64,000 nucleotides of DNA, from assembly GCF_009914755.1 (NCBI RefSeq), contig NC_060930.1; one strand, written 5' to 3'. The notes beneath the pieces were generated by a model that had not been told where the DNA came from, searched no databases, and worked only from the letters and a program-made list of their open reading frames with translations. A program made the position numbers and the translations under genes. This document shows positions 1 to 12,870 of this stretch, one piece after another (the stretch's first letter is position 1; the number at the start of each line of letters is the position of its first letter). Source of the DNA: the human T2T-CHM13v2.0 reference genome, Homo sapiens.

Positions 1-544
1 TTAACAGAAGACTGAAAGAATAAAGCAAGCAGCTGTGTCAGAACTTGCCAGGCAATGTGAAATACTGTGGTTTGAACAAAGCTGAGTTGGGCTGAGAATG
101 AATTACAGGAAGAAAGGCAGGAAGAAAAAGAAAGAGCTCTGGGGCTATTTATTCTTTGTGTACAGGACGCATTGAAGAAAGTACTGAGTCCCACGTCACC
201 AACCCAGCTGGAAAACGTGGGGGCAACCAAAGCACAGAGAACATGAGTCACCAGCTCCTCACTCTCAGGAGCTCCATATTTGGGAGCCCAGCAAAGGGCT
301 TATCATTTTTCGGATGGAGTCCCATGGGTTCTGGGGCTGCTGCTAGCTTCAGCTAAATGTGGTGCGTGTCTTCAAAATTAGAACTGACAATGGTGACCTT
401 GGAGTCTTGCAACCTAGTGTTTCAGGGGAAAATAGTACCTAGATCTCAGCAGAGTGGGGATAGAGGAAGACATGGAGCTGCATGCTGTTGCCCGTGCATC
501 AGCCAATCAGTTGGTCAGCCCTCTTGAACTGTTTAAGACTACCA

Positions 545-1005
545 TGGACATTTGCTGTTTTCACCTACCCAGCATCTGTTCCTCCTCTGCTTCTAGGAAC
601 CATCTTTTGACTTTCTTTTGGGAGACTTGCATTTCTCTCTTCTTAGACCCTGGTGCCAGGGGTGGGTGCATGGCCACAGTCTGGACAATCAGAGTATTCC
701 ATTGTCCTGGGGGCTGCAACTGGTTTAGGGAAGGGTCATAGCACAAGTCAGCCCAAACAGAGTTCATCCTAGGGACTTTTACAAAAGCTACTGGGGACAA
801 GATGCCGTCAGCTGGGTTGCTGGGAGGATGCGGGTGTGTGGAGCTGCATGTGACCATCTTGCTATGGGTTCAAAGAGGGACCATGTCCTGATGAGGTGGA
901 GCCCCTGTATCCACTTGTGCCTGAAGCTCTTTTCTGCTACCCAAGCTGACATACTCCATCCTTTTGTTTTCTTTTACTGGCAAGCTAAAGAGTTCTGACT
1001 AATAC
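545..1005 (+). mobile_element. Old ERVL LTR, LTR16-like
   Basis: Motifs GACAATCAGAGTATTCCATTGTCCTGG...CCTAGGGACTTTT and the LTR-type end AAGAGTTCTGACTAATACA; diverged, boundaries approximate. Confidence 0.5.
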
Positions 1006-1416
1006 ACAGATCTCAGTAGGGCACAGTAGGTGCCATAGCAAACATCACACAAATATATGGAAGCCAAAGAGAAAATGCATATGGTATGGTGGGTCTGAAG
1101 TCAGATAGAGGAGACATGGACACAGGAATAGTCCAGAGTATTTTAGAATACTTACAAGTATTTCAAAACACATAAAATAAGGGTATTACTCCCTTAAATC
1201 CTTCTGGAATGAGGGAATAAAAACAAATATGGTTTTTAAAAGGAAACCATAGTAATTTAGTAAGAACTTCTCAAGGGGCTAGAAAAATTTAAAAAAAAAT
1301 TAAAAACCAATAGTAATTTGAATTCTTCTTGCAGTAATATGGTATAATAGCAACAACAACAACAATAATAAATCAGCCAAAACGCAAGAACTGTGGGTGT
1401 CGTGAAGTCTCCGACC

Positions 1417-1526
1417 TAGGGTGACGAATTCATCCTGGTTGGTCTGGGACTGTCCCTGTTTTAAAACTGAACGCTCTAATTTCTGGGATGCCTTTAGTCT
1501 TGGGCAGACCTGAATGGTCAGTCACA
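1417..1526. mobile_element. MER81-like hAT MITE
   Basis: TAGGGTGAC...GGGACTGTCCCTGTTTTAAAACTGAA...GGTCAGTCAC, ~110 bp with degenerate TIRs. Confidence 0.65.
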
Positions 1527-1653
1527 TGTTTTCAGGTCATTTTACTTTTCTGAGCCTTGGTTTCTTCATCAATGAATGGGGCGTATGTGGCAGGAGGAGG
1601 AGGTGGTGATAGAAACATCCATGCTTTTCAAACCATATTTTTGAGAGCTTTAG

Positions 1654-1958
<305 letters not shown>

Positions 1959-2184
1959 GAGAGCTCTAGATTTTTACTAAGAGCTGCAACAGCCACTGCA
2001 GAAAGGAAAGTATGAAGCAACCTCCACTCCATTTCTGCTGCAGTTGGAGTTTCTCTTGTATGTGTTTCAATTGAGATCTGCCTAACATTTGTTAGGGGAG
2101 TGGGGAAACCTGCTCTCCGAGGGACCACCCTCTAGAATTCCATGATTTTTTCTCTTTGTTATGGGGCAAATGGCTCTTATAGAC

Positions 2185-2328
2185 CACTGGTTCCCACACC
2201 TGACGGATCCTAAGGGTCACCTGGGAAGTCTTAAAACTAAATACTGCCTGCCACACCTGGATATTTCTACTCCGTTGGAATTGGGTGGAGCCAGGGATCT
2301 GTATTTTTACAAAATCTTTGCAGGTGAC
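2185..2328. mobile_element. MER5-family hAT-Charlie MITE fragment
   Basis: GGTCACCTGGGAAGTCTTAAAA...GGGATCTGTATTTTTACAAAATC...CAGGTGA. Confidence 0.5.
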
Positions 2329-2454
2329 ATACATATAAATTATTCACAAATGTCGGTATGCTAACTATCATTAATAATATATTACTTTCCACACATCTCG
2401 CAAATGGCCAGGACACATCATTGTTTGAGACACCATGTTCCCATACATCTTAAA

Positions 2455-2572
2455 TTTTCCGTGCATCAGGAAAGCTTGTTAAAACACAGATGGCTGGGCA
2501 CCACCCCCAGGGTTTCTGTTTCAGTAAGGCTGGGCGGGGCTGGAATTTGCATTTCTAAGATACTCCCAGGTG
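2455..2572. mobile_element. MER5A fragment
   Basis: AGCTTGTTAAAACACAGATGGCTGGGC...GGAATTTGCATTTCTAAG...CCCAGGTG. Confidence 0.65.
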
Positions 2573-3907
2573 GGCATCTGCCACCTTCAGTAGCATCATT
2601 TTAGACCACAGGCTCACTTGAGTGTCTTGACTGGTCTCTTTAATCGTTGTCATCATCATAACCCACCCCCCCCACCCTTTCCCCTCCCCCTGGTATAGCA
2701 CTCAGTAAATTATTGATGAATAAATGTGTGGATAAATGTTTTATGGCCTGAATGACGTGACCTTTCAACCATCTTTCTAAAGAATATTGTGAATTACACC
2801 CCTTCGCATGTAAGAAAAGTTTCTGCTGGTATCTAAGGAATATTGTCTCATGGGACCTCAGCTGAGGACATGGGTGGGGCAACAGGATTTCCTGCTCTCA
2901 GCTTTAGAGACTGTGCTGAATACAATGAGGTGACTGAGGCCTTCTGTTCCGGAGCCTCTAGCCAAGCCCACTGGGGTCTCGTTGAGCCACCATTTTTTGG
3001 AGCTCCATTTTGCTTCGTTTTTCACTTTTGAAGGCCGGCAGATTTCCTTTTCACCCACCAATTCCTTCCAGGCTTTCTTTAGCATGTTGTCATATTTAAG
3101 TCTTTAAATTGATTTGCTGGGACATTACACAAGCGTCTTCTGGCTGCTCTAACCCTTTACTCCTGTGGATAAACTTGTCATTATCCCTCTGGAAGCCCCA
3201 AATGACCACTCCAACCCCTGCGCAGGCCCTGATCACACCCGCATCCTTTGGCTTGTTTTTCTTCTCCGTTGGTGCTGCCACAGCGGCAGGCAGCTTGGCA
3301 CTGTCTTTCCACACATCTTCCGTAGTCTGAGAAATGTTTCTTGGACTACAGAGACCTATTCATGGCCACAACCCAGATCTCAAGGCTAGGCACACCCCAA
3401 ATAAAGTTAGAAAGGAAGAGAAAGCCACTGACCATTATTAACCTCTAAATAGGGAGCGCCCAGTCCAAGTTCTGCAGGAACATTCAGAGGGTGTTTAACT
3501 GGCTTTGCAACTTTTATGTAACTACTTGGAATCAGAAACAACACCCAGAAAATAAATACAAATAATAAAGTAACTTTTAAAAAAGATTCACTCTCTTTTC
3601 AGGCGCTTGCTTCGGTGCTGATCATGCAGACCTCGATTAATTAGTATTCAGTCCCAATGACCCTAAGAAAACAAGATGTGTGTACAAACAGGCAGGAAGC
3701 AGTCCTTGGAAAGAGAGTTTGGTTCTGACCAGAACCTATACTTATGGAGAAGTAATCTTTTCTACGTCAGTTCTACAAGATCGGCCTAGCTGAATGGCAG
3801 TGAGTCTGCGGTGATGAGTGAAAGCAGCCTTCCCTGCCTTTCTTCCACCCAGGCAGTTCCTGTGGGTCCCGCCTCCAGAGGCAGCCATTCAACTAAAGAA
3901 GCTATGG

Positions 3908-4237
<330 letters not shown>

Positions 4238-6349
4238 TCAGCAGCACTGTAGGAATAACACCTTTTCCCTGATGTCAGAAGCTGCAGAAACGCCTGCCAG
4301 TGCAGAACGCTCCTCCAGTGCAAACTGGTCTGGAAGGCTTGGCCATGTGTGCCCTGGAAAGTTCTGGAATCTTTTTGGTGTTGGATTAATGGCATTCATG
4401 TTTCAGAAAACACCTCCAAACCTAGTTAACAGGAAAACTGTTAGAGAATAAATAAAACGGAGCGTTTAAAAAGTTTTCCACTGAGAAGCAGTTTGAAGAG
4501 TCAAGTCACCCTAGAGGAAAGCTGGGTATTTTCTTGTAGGTAGCCTTGGAGGCTTTTGTGAACATGGCGGGTGGTGGTTGACAGGGTGGTTGGAGGAAGG
4601 AAGAAAAATGACCTGCGTGCCACTCTTAATAATTGCCTCTTGATTTAGAATCAGGACTTTTCCCCCTGGTTTTACAAAATACATGCAGTCTTCCATGTGA
4701 AAGATTATGGGATGAATGGTGGGTGGCGGAGTGTTGCAAGGAGAGACTTAAACAACTCTTACCATTCATAAAGACCGAGGAAATTCAAATACTGAGAGAG
4801 GGGCTAAGATCACACCATCGGCAGGCAGCAAGAATGAGAAAGGTAGCCTTGCTGTGGCTTAGCTATGCATATTATCATGGGGGAGAGGCAAACTGTGCAA
4901 TTCTTAAAGTTCATCTTCTTAGTGGTGAGTCAGGAACAAATATTTTGTAGGAGACACGTTAAGTCTGAAAAGCTTAGAGAGACTTGAGAGAGCTTCTGTA
5001 TATAAAGGAGAGAATTGAAAATTCCTGTTCTACTCCATCCTGTTCTGTTCTCCAGGTGGAGTAGCAAGCTGGCAAGTCCCCCAGAAAGGAAAGGCTAGAG
5101 GGGTTACAGAGACAGAGAGCCAGCAAGGGTTTCACGTGGGCAGGGTGGAGAGATGTCAGGGGAAGGTATGTATTTATCTCTGTGTTAGGAAACTCTTGGA
5201 GAAACAAGCTGAAGCTTTCTATAAAGCCTTCCTGTTTACCCTTGAAAGAATCAGAAGCAAATGGGCCTTTGCCCAGGAAGCTACAGGGATCATTTGCCAT
5301 ATTTGGATTTCTCTGAGTAAGAGGATAGAGGAAGCCTCTGCCCAATGTCCTGGGATTATGAAGACATACCCAAATGGCTTCAGAGAACAAATGCCTATCT
5401 GTCCCTATTTCACTAGTTAACTTTTTGTAAATTCACATTAATAGAGATAACTACAGATATGCCAGTTCAAAGTTATCTGTAAGTTCCTCTCATTCTCTGT
5501 ACAAACTTCACTTTTGCCCCACATTCTTCTAGACATCTTCCTTTAGAAGGATGACTGGAAGTCATGACAGCAGCTCCTCAAGGGCTGCTTCCGCCATGGT
5601 TAAGGCAGAATAGAATACTTTTCTCTTTCATAATATCCCAAACAAGTTGCCACATGTTGTTAACCCTGAACTCCAAGGAAACCCATCCTATAAGATTGGT
5701 GTCCAACCTGCGAACCACTGTCTTTGTCATGAAGATGTTCTCCTGTTGAAGGAGTTTAATGTGTTGGTGTACCATTTTGTTGCCAGATAGCAAGTCGTTT
5801 GAGACCTGTTTCATGCCATGAGGGACAAACCACATCTTGAAGTGGCGTGGTTGACAGTTGTGTCAAAAAAATAAAACAAGGCATTATCAAATAATCTTCT
5901 GAAATTTCTGCCTATATCATGAAAGGAGGATGTTTGATGAGCAGAAGTTGGTGTGGGATTCATAACTAAACTGTCCATCTGTGGGAGAATTCTGCAGGCT
6001 TCCATCACTAGTGTGTGACACAGCAAAGAGATGACAGTCCTATTCAGCTCCCAAATCTGTGGTTCCAGGGCACTGCTATTGGAACGAGGCTCAGTCTTGG
6101 GTGCCACTCAAAAGGGAAAGTACAGATGGATTAAAGAGTGATCAAGCAAAATAAACCCCCATTAGGGTGAAGAGGGTGTGACATATGAGGAAAGGGTTCA
6201 AATGCAGAAAGCATTGTAGAGCAGAAGAAGAACTCCCAAAGGAGAGCATGAGCAAGAGTCTGCCAGGAATTTAAGGAGAGTCTTAGGGAAGAGCAGAAAG
6301 TGAATAACCCACACACAGGTGAGAACTGTGTGGTCACCACTTAGCCAGG

Positions 6350-6749
6350 TGACATGGTTTCCTCTGTGTCCCCACCCAAATCTCATGTCAAAATGTAATT
6401 CCCAATGTTGCAGGTGGGGCCTGGTGGGAGGTGATTGTATCATGGGGGCAGATTTTTCCCTGGTTGCTGTTCTCCTGATAGTGAGTGAGTTCTCATGAGA
6501 TCTGGTTGGTGAGAGAGCACCTCCCTGCTCTCTCTCTTCCTCCTGCTCCAGTCATGGAAGATGAGCTTTCTCCCCTTTCACCTTCTGCTATGATTAAAAG
6601 TTTCCTGAGGCCTCCCCAGAAGCTGAGCAGCTGCCAGCATCATGCTTCCTGTATAGCCTGCAGAACCGTGGGCCAATTAAACCTCTTTTCTTTATAAATT
6701 ACCCAGTCTCAGGTATTTCTTTATAGCAGTGTGAGAACTGACTAATACA
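6350..6749 (+). mobile_element. MaLR solo LTR (MSTA/THE1D-like)
   Basis: TG...CA termini, CCCAAATCTCATG, CCTGAGGCCTCCCCAGAAGC, ATAAATTACCCAGTCTCAGGTATTTC; TSD CCAGG/TCAGG. Confidence 0.9.
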
Positions 6750-7199
6750 TCAGGGAAGGCTACCACTCCTTGCCTACATGCAGAATTCAAGAAACAACAA
6801 TGAGCACTTTGGTCCTCATATTCTGCGGACAATGGAAGAGAAAGAACAGAAAAGGCATAGAGCAGACTGTCCACCCAGATTCTAGAGGTGAGCCAAAGTA
6901 AAACTAATGTATCAGCTTGTTTGTGTGTATGACTGTGAGCGTACATGTGTGTGAGGCATGTATGGTACATTTTTCTTATTGCCATTTACTTTTGGTGCAC
7001 TTAAGCTTTATTCAAAAAGTGAAATAGTGGAGGAATGGTCTCCAGAAATATGCAGCTTGTTCTGGAAATAAGAAAACAAGGCTAAAGGTGCTAAAGGACA
7101 GCTGTGTGCTCAGACAGCAGTGTCAGGGGGTCAGAGTTGTAGGGATGGGGGCTCTGGTTAAAGTCCAGCCAAACTCTAGATCATATCCTCTTTATCTTC

Positions 7200-7596
7200 T
7201 GTATTAGGGCATTCTTGCACTGCTATAAGGAAATGCCCGAGACTGGGTTAAATTGGCTCACGGTTCTGCAGGCTTTACAGAAAGCTCAGAGGCTTCTGCT
7301 TCTGGGGAGGTCTCAGGAGGCTTACAATCATGGCGGAAGGTAGAGTAGGAGCAGGTACGTCACATGGTGAAAGCAGGAGCAAGAGAGACAGACAGAGTGT
7401 CAAGGGGCAGGGGGGAGGTACCATACACTTTTACACAACCAGATCTCACAAGACCTCACTATCACAAATACAGCACCAAGCCATGAGGGATGCACCACCA
7501 TGATCCAAACACCTCCTACCAGGCCCCACCTTCAGCACTGGAGATTACAATTCAACATGAGATTTTTGGGTGGGGACAAAAACCTAAACTATATCA
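7200..7596 (-). mobile_element. MaLR solo LTR (MSTA-like)
   Basis: Reverse-complement MST: TGTATTAG...GGCTCACGGTTCTGCAGGCT...CAACATGAGATTT...AAACTATATCA. Confidence 0.88.
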
Positions 7597-7951
7597 TCCC
7601 TATTCACAGCAGATGGTTAGGAAATGCTTATAGCTGATGAGAGAACAAAAACCATGTCATTTTTATTTAAGAAACTTAGGAGTACAAGAAGAACACCTAT
7701 ACAATCTAATTGCGACCCTAAAGAACAACATTCAGCATCACAATGGAAGCTCTAGGAGTTTGTAGGAGGGAGAAAGCATTGGGGGCTGAGATGGGCTGGG
7801 GTGTTCAAGAAGTAGGTGGTATGTGAGCTGAGCCTGGCATATGGAGAAAAAGAAGAAATTAGTCTGAGCAAAGGCAGAGGTACAGATATTCAAGGAATAT
7901 TTGGGAGATTGCATAGAAGAAAAAAGTCTTCATGAATTGTGCTGTGCTGCT

Positions 7952-8300
7952 TGCAATGAACTGAATGCTTGTATCACCCCCAAATTTATATGTTGAAGTC
8001 CCAACCCGCAATGTGATGGTGATAGGAGGGGAGGGCTTTGAGAGGTGATTACATCATGAGGGTGAATCCTCCTGAATGGATGTAGTGCCGTTATGAAAGA
8101 GATCCCAGAGAGCTCTCTACCTCTTTTGCTGCCATGTGAGAATACAATGAGAAGGCAGCAATCTGCAACCCAGAGGAGGGCCTCAACAGGCACCCTATTT
8201 CAGAATGTTAGTCTCCAGAACTGTAAGAAATAAACATATGATGTTTACAAGCCGCCTAGTCTATAGTACTCGGTTCTAGCAGTCCAAACTTATGAGTACA
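7952..8300 (+). mobile_element. MLT1A-type MaLR solo LTR
   Basis: CCCCAAATTTATATGTTGAAG...TCCAGAACTGTAAGAAATAAA... Confidence 0.85.
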
Positions 8301-9876
8301 CTGACATAATTCCATTTTCATCCCTCTCTTTCTCTCTCTTCTGTGTGTTCTGCCTCTTGCTTTGCCTTTTCATGTCTTCTGCCATTTATTAGCATGTGTA
8401 GACTCAGCTAGTAGCAACCAGGGCTACCATGAGCACTTTGATTCTTATATTCTATGAGCTTCACATCTTATTTTTTTATAGATGCCATTATTTGTTCTTC
8501 AAATTATGGTATTAACTGCAGTCACACTATTCTTTCACTATAACTCTTGCTTGCTTTTCTCACCAAAGGGAGATATTTGTGTAGGTGTCAAAATCTGGCA
8601 CTGCGTTGACTATAGTCATCCAGGAAATAGTCACCTACTCACTTGGGATATGTCATGAGCTGCCAGACCCAAAGATGAAGCTCTTTTATTAAGTGGAAGT
8701 GCATTAGCATTTGAGTGTTAATGGAGCAGACCTTTAATAAACAGTCACCATGTGTGAATTCTATTCTTGGATCTATGGGGACAGAAATGACTAAGAAGTT
8801 TACAAAATCTTCATTTATTGGAAGGGACAGATGTCTAACAACTAACAATGCTAATGCTGAAATAAACTATTGCTCTAAGACTCTGTTTCATCTTACTCTA
8901 CAACCATATGGCAATCTGCATTGATGATGCATAATTTTTAACTTAAAATTGAAAGGATTCTTCTAGCCCTGTTCCCATTTTGAAATCCGTCTTTGAAAAA
9001 AAAAATACTAAAAGATATCTAAATTGGTTGCAGTCAATGACTTCATTTCAATGCATAGACTTTGGTGGTGCAACTGATTTGGCATCTACTACAGTTGCTT
9101 AGCATTCACAGCTAGCTATTGGACACTCTGCTGCCCTGCCCACTGACATAACCAAAGACCAGAAAACCTGGTGAAAGATAAGATAGAGGTAATCCCATGA
9201 TTAAAGAGATTGATTAACTACTTTGCATTGGGAGAAGTAGGTGGGAGAAATTTCTTTGTCAGATTTTTTTTAAGCCTAAAAATGGTTTACAATGGGATGA
9301 TTTCAATTACGGCGAGATGATTCACTATCTAGATCTTATGGAAGAAAATTCTTATGGATTTGTGGATACGTATCCTGAAAAATGAAGGACATCAACAAAG
9401 CAAGCCTCATGGAATGGGGGGGAAGTCTGAAATATGCTCATGTGGGGCATTAAGTACCAGACCATAAATGCACTCTGAGTGGTTTAACCTGAGAAAGAAG
9501 CAACCTAATGGTGCTTATAGCTCCAAGAAGCTCTGTCTTCAGAACACAACTGGAATGAAAGGCTCCATCTTCTCTGAACCTGAAAAGGGAGGGACCCACC
9601 AACAACATCCCCAGTTACGGTTTGAAGAAGGATGCTACTTTGCTCATGTTAGGGTGATGTGAATAGATGCATGAACCTTTTTTGGGGATATGTGAATTCA
9701 GATTCCAGTTTGTTCCATTTTGACTGTGTAGTCATTCTAAACCTGAGTATTTTTTTTTCTGCATAATAGTAAGGGCTAAAAAAATCTGTAGGGCTTCCCA
9801 CAAATTAGGCACTGTTGTAAGCAACAGATATATATATTACCTTATGTAATCTCACAACAATCAAAAGGTAGCAAGC

Positions 9877-10397
9877 AGTAAAGAGTTCACATAGCAGGTC
9901 TGAGACTGCTGTCTCAATCCTGCTTGCAAGGCTGGCCCTTGGCTGGCATCTGGGAACATGTGAGGGGTTCCTGCTGGTCCGTGATATGAGTGGCTCACTG
10001 TGACTTAACTGTGTGTGCAAACAACATGGTTTATGCTGAACACCTGCTTTCCTTCTGGGAGTCTGGAATTTGTGTACATGCCAGACAGAGGGTGTCTAAG
10101 TGACCAGCTCCAAATCAAAACTCTGGCACTAAGTATCTACTGAGCTTCCCTAGTAGACAACATTTCATACCTGTCATAACTCGTTGCTGGAGGAGTTAAG
10201 TATGTCCTGTGTGACTCCCCTAGGAGAGGACTCTTGGTAGCTCATGTCTGGTTTCTTCTGTTGCTTTCCCCTTTGCTGATTCTGATTTGTCTTTGAGGTA
10301 ATAGAACTTAGCTGTGGGCATGTCTCTATGATGAATCCTGTGGGTCCTCCTAATGAGTCATTGAACCTGGGGGTGGCCTTGGGAATTCCCCCCAAAG
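9877..10397 (+). mobile_element. MER21/MER77-family LTR inserted into a MIR
   Basis: CATAGCAGGTCTGAGACTGCT...GGTTTATGCTGAACACCTGCTTTCCTTCTGGGAGTCTGGAATTT...GAACCTGGGGGTGGCCTTGGG; MIR halves on both sides (~9805-9872 and ~10398-10546). Confidence 0.8.
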
Positions 10398-10546
10398 GTG
10401 TGTGACATTATAATTATCTCCATTTTAAGGTGAGGAAGCTGATTCATGGAGAGGTTAAGTAACTATACCAAGGCCACACAGCAGGTACATGGCACAACTA
10501 GGATTTGAACCCAGGCAAGCTGACTCCACAGCTTTTGCTTGTAACC
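10398..10546 (-). mobile_element. MIR (split by the LTR above)
   Basis: CCATTTTAAGGTGAGGAAGCTGA...AGGTTAAGTAACT...GGATTTGAACCCAGGC. Confidence 0.8.
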
Positions 10547-11646
10547 CTTAAGGAGGCTCCAAAGTTCCCTCATTAAGTGGTTGTGAATCAAAGCAGGTGT
10601 GTTCACTCAGTACATATTAAGTGCTCAATAAAACATAGTTACTCTACTGTATTAGGATGTAATCTCCCGTCCCTTCTACCTACTAACTAGAAATCTATCA
10701 TGCATTTTTCGCCATCCCACTAACAAGCAGAAAGTCCCTGAGGCTGAAATATCTTTGAAGAAGAGGGAGAGAAATAGAATGGATGTCATGCTATTTTTTT
10801 AAACAATAATAACTATTATGGTACAGTTCCTTTATAAGCCAAATGGAGCCTCTGCATTTCCTCTCCTCTTTCCTTACCTGATCCCTGGCCTCTCTCACCC
10901 TGGCACCGGGGTAAGAGCGGTGAGGGTCAGTGTAGCAGGCTGGGCATTCAGAAAAACTGACTGGAGCAAGAGTTGGAGGTGGGTGGGCAGATTTAGGGGA
11001 GCTCTTCTCATGATGGCGACTATGTTTTCTGCCACTCACCCCCCAGATGGGAACACGCTGTCTGACAAACAGAGTACTTAATGTTCTGTTTGTTGAAATC
11101 ATTTCTCAATCACCCTCACCCCTCCCTACCTTTCAAGTGTTCTAGTTAATGCAGAAACATCCCGTTTCTTTCCATTGAGGAAACCAAGTGACCCCAACAT
11201 TCCATAGACCTATTCTTGTCCTACTTTCAAAAAAAAACAGCTCTTCCTGCTGACCGCCTGCCTATAATAAGTCATAGCTTAGTTAGTAGATCTGAATGTC
11301 CTAGTTAGAGATAAGTTGGCTGAAGCACAGTACATCTACGTGTAGAATTTGGAGGAAAGGACTGAAGAAAGATACCGTGATTTAAAAACCTCATCTTCAC
11401 CCTACACTCCTTGAAATAAGTAGAGAAGCAAAGCTTCTTATGTATAGTAAGAAATATAGATTAAAAGGTGAATAGCAGAAGAGTGGTGGCTTGGAGTTAC
11501 ATTAATTGAAATCAACAAGACCAAATCCTTCCCTGCAAGCACATTTTGATGAGGTAAAACTGGAAGGAGTCCATGGATATTCAGTACTTAAAAAAAAGGC
11601 TTGATCATAACAAATGCCAAGAAAAAGAAGAAAGAAAATAAAATGG

Positions 11647-12204
<558 letters not shown>

Positions 12205-12427
12205 AGAAAGAAGGAAGGAAGGAAGGAAGGAAGGAAAGAAAGAAAGAAAGAGAAAGAAAGAAAGGAGAAAGACAGAGAGAAAGAAAGAAAGAAATGAAGA
12301 AAGAAAGAAAGGGGGAGCAAGACAGAGAGAGAGAGAAATAAAAGAAGAAAGAAAAAAGAAAAAGAAAGGAAGAAAGAAAGAAAAAAGAAAGAAAGAGAGA
12401 AAGGAAAAGAAAGAAGAAAGAAAAGGG
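12205..12427 (+). repeat. Purine-rich (GGAA)6/(GAAA)n low-complexity tract derived from the Alu tail
   Basis: About 220 nt almost entirely A/G; six consecutive GGAA at 12213-12236. Confidence 0.95.
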
Positions 12428-12679
12428 ATTTAGGATGAAAAACTGGTAGTACCAAAGGGTCACTTCATACTTACAGTAGATTTTCTCATGGGATAGCCAT
12501 TAGAGGTTGGCACTTTAAAAGCAATGTATGAGAGGTGGAAACCAAAACAGAAACTGCCTATCTTGAAGTAAGATGCATTTTAGTCTGATGAAAACCAGCG
12601 TCTTCACACCAACAACGTGTGCTGAAAGGATGCACAGCAAGGAGTTGCCTCGTCATTGAATGAGCTCTAAGCAAATGAC

Positions 12680-12870
12680 TTAGGGGACCCAGGCTTCAGT
12701 CCTAGCTGTGTCATCTGATCAGTTGCCCAACTTCATGTGAGTTACGTCATCTTTCCCACCGTGATCTCCTCAGTTTCACTATCTGTAGAGTGGGAGATAC
12801 AATAAACATGCCCCAGGACCACTGTGAAAGTGAAATAATATGAGTCAATGTGCTGTGTTAATTGTAAAAT
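12680..12870 (+). mobile_element. MIR
   Basis: CCTAGCTGTGTCATCTG...CCTCAGTTTCACTATCTGTAGAGTGGGAGATA. Confidence 0.6.

Noticed and set aside
2858-3389. Cluster of 62-75 aa ORFs on both strands in unique DNA as a possible exon or pseudogene
   Set aside because: No recognisable protein similarity, no poly(A)/TSD, and no convincing splice-site pair
3603-3618. GCGCTTGCTTCGG resembling the U6 snRNA 5' end
   Set aside because: Similarity ends after ~13 nt and there is no TSD or tail
9274-9385. Protein-looking frame PKNGLQWDDFNYGEMIHYLDLMEENSYGFVDTYPEK* after TTTTTTTAAG
   Set aside because: Only 36 codons with no recognised family; expected by chance. A tBLASTn or PhyloCSF hit would be needed
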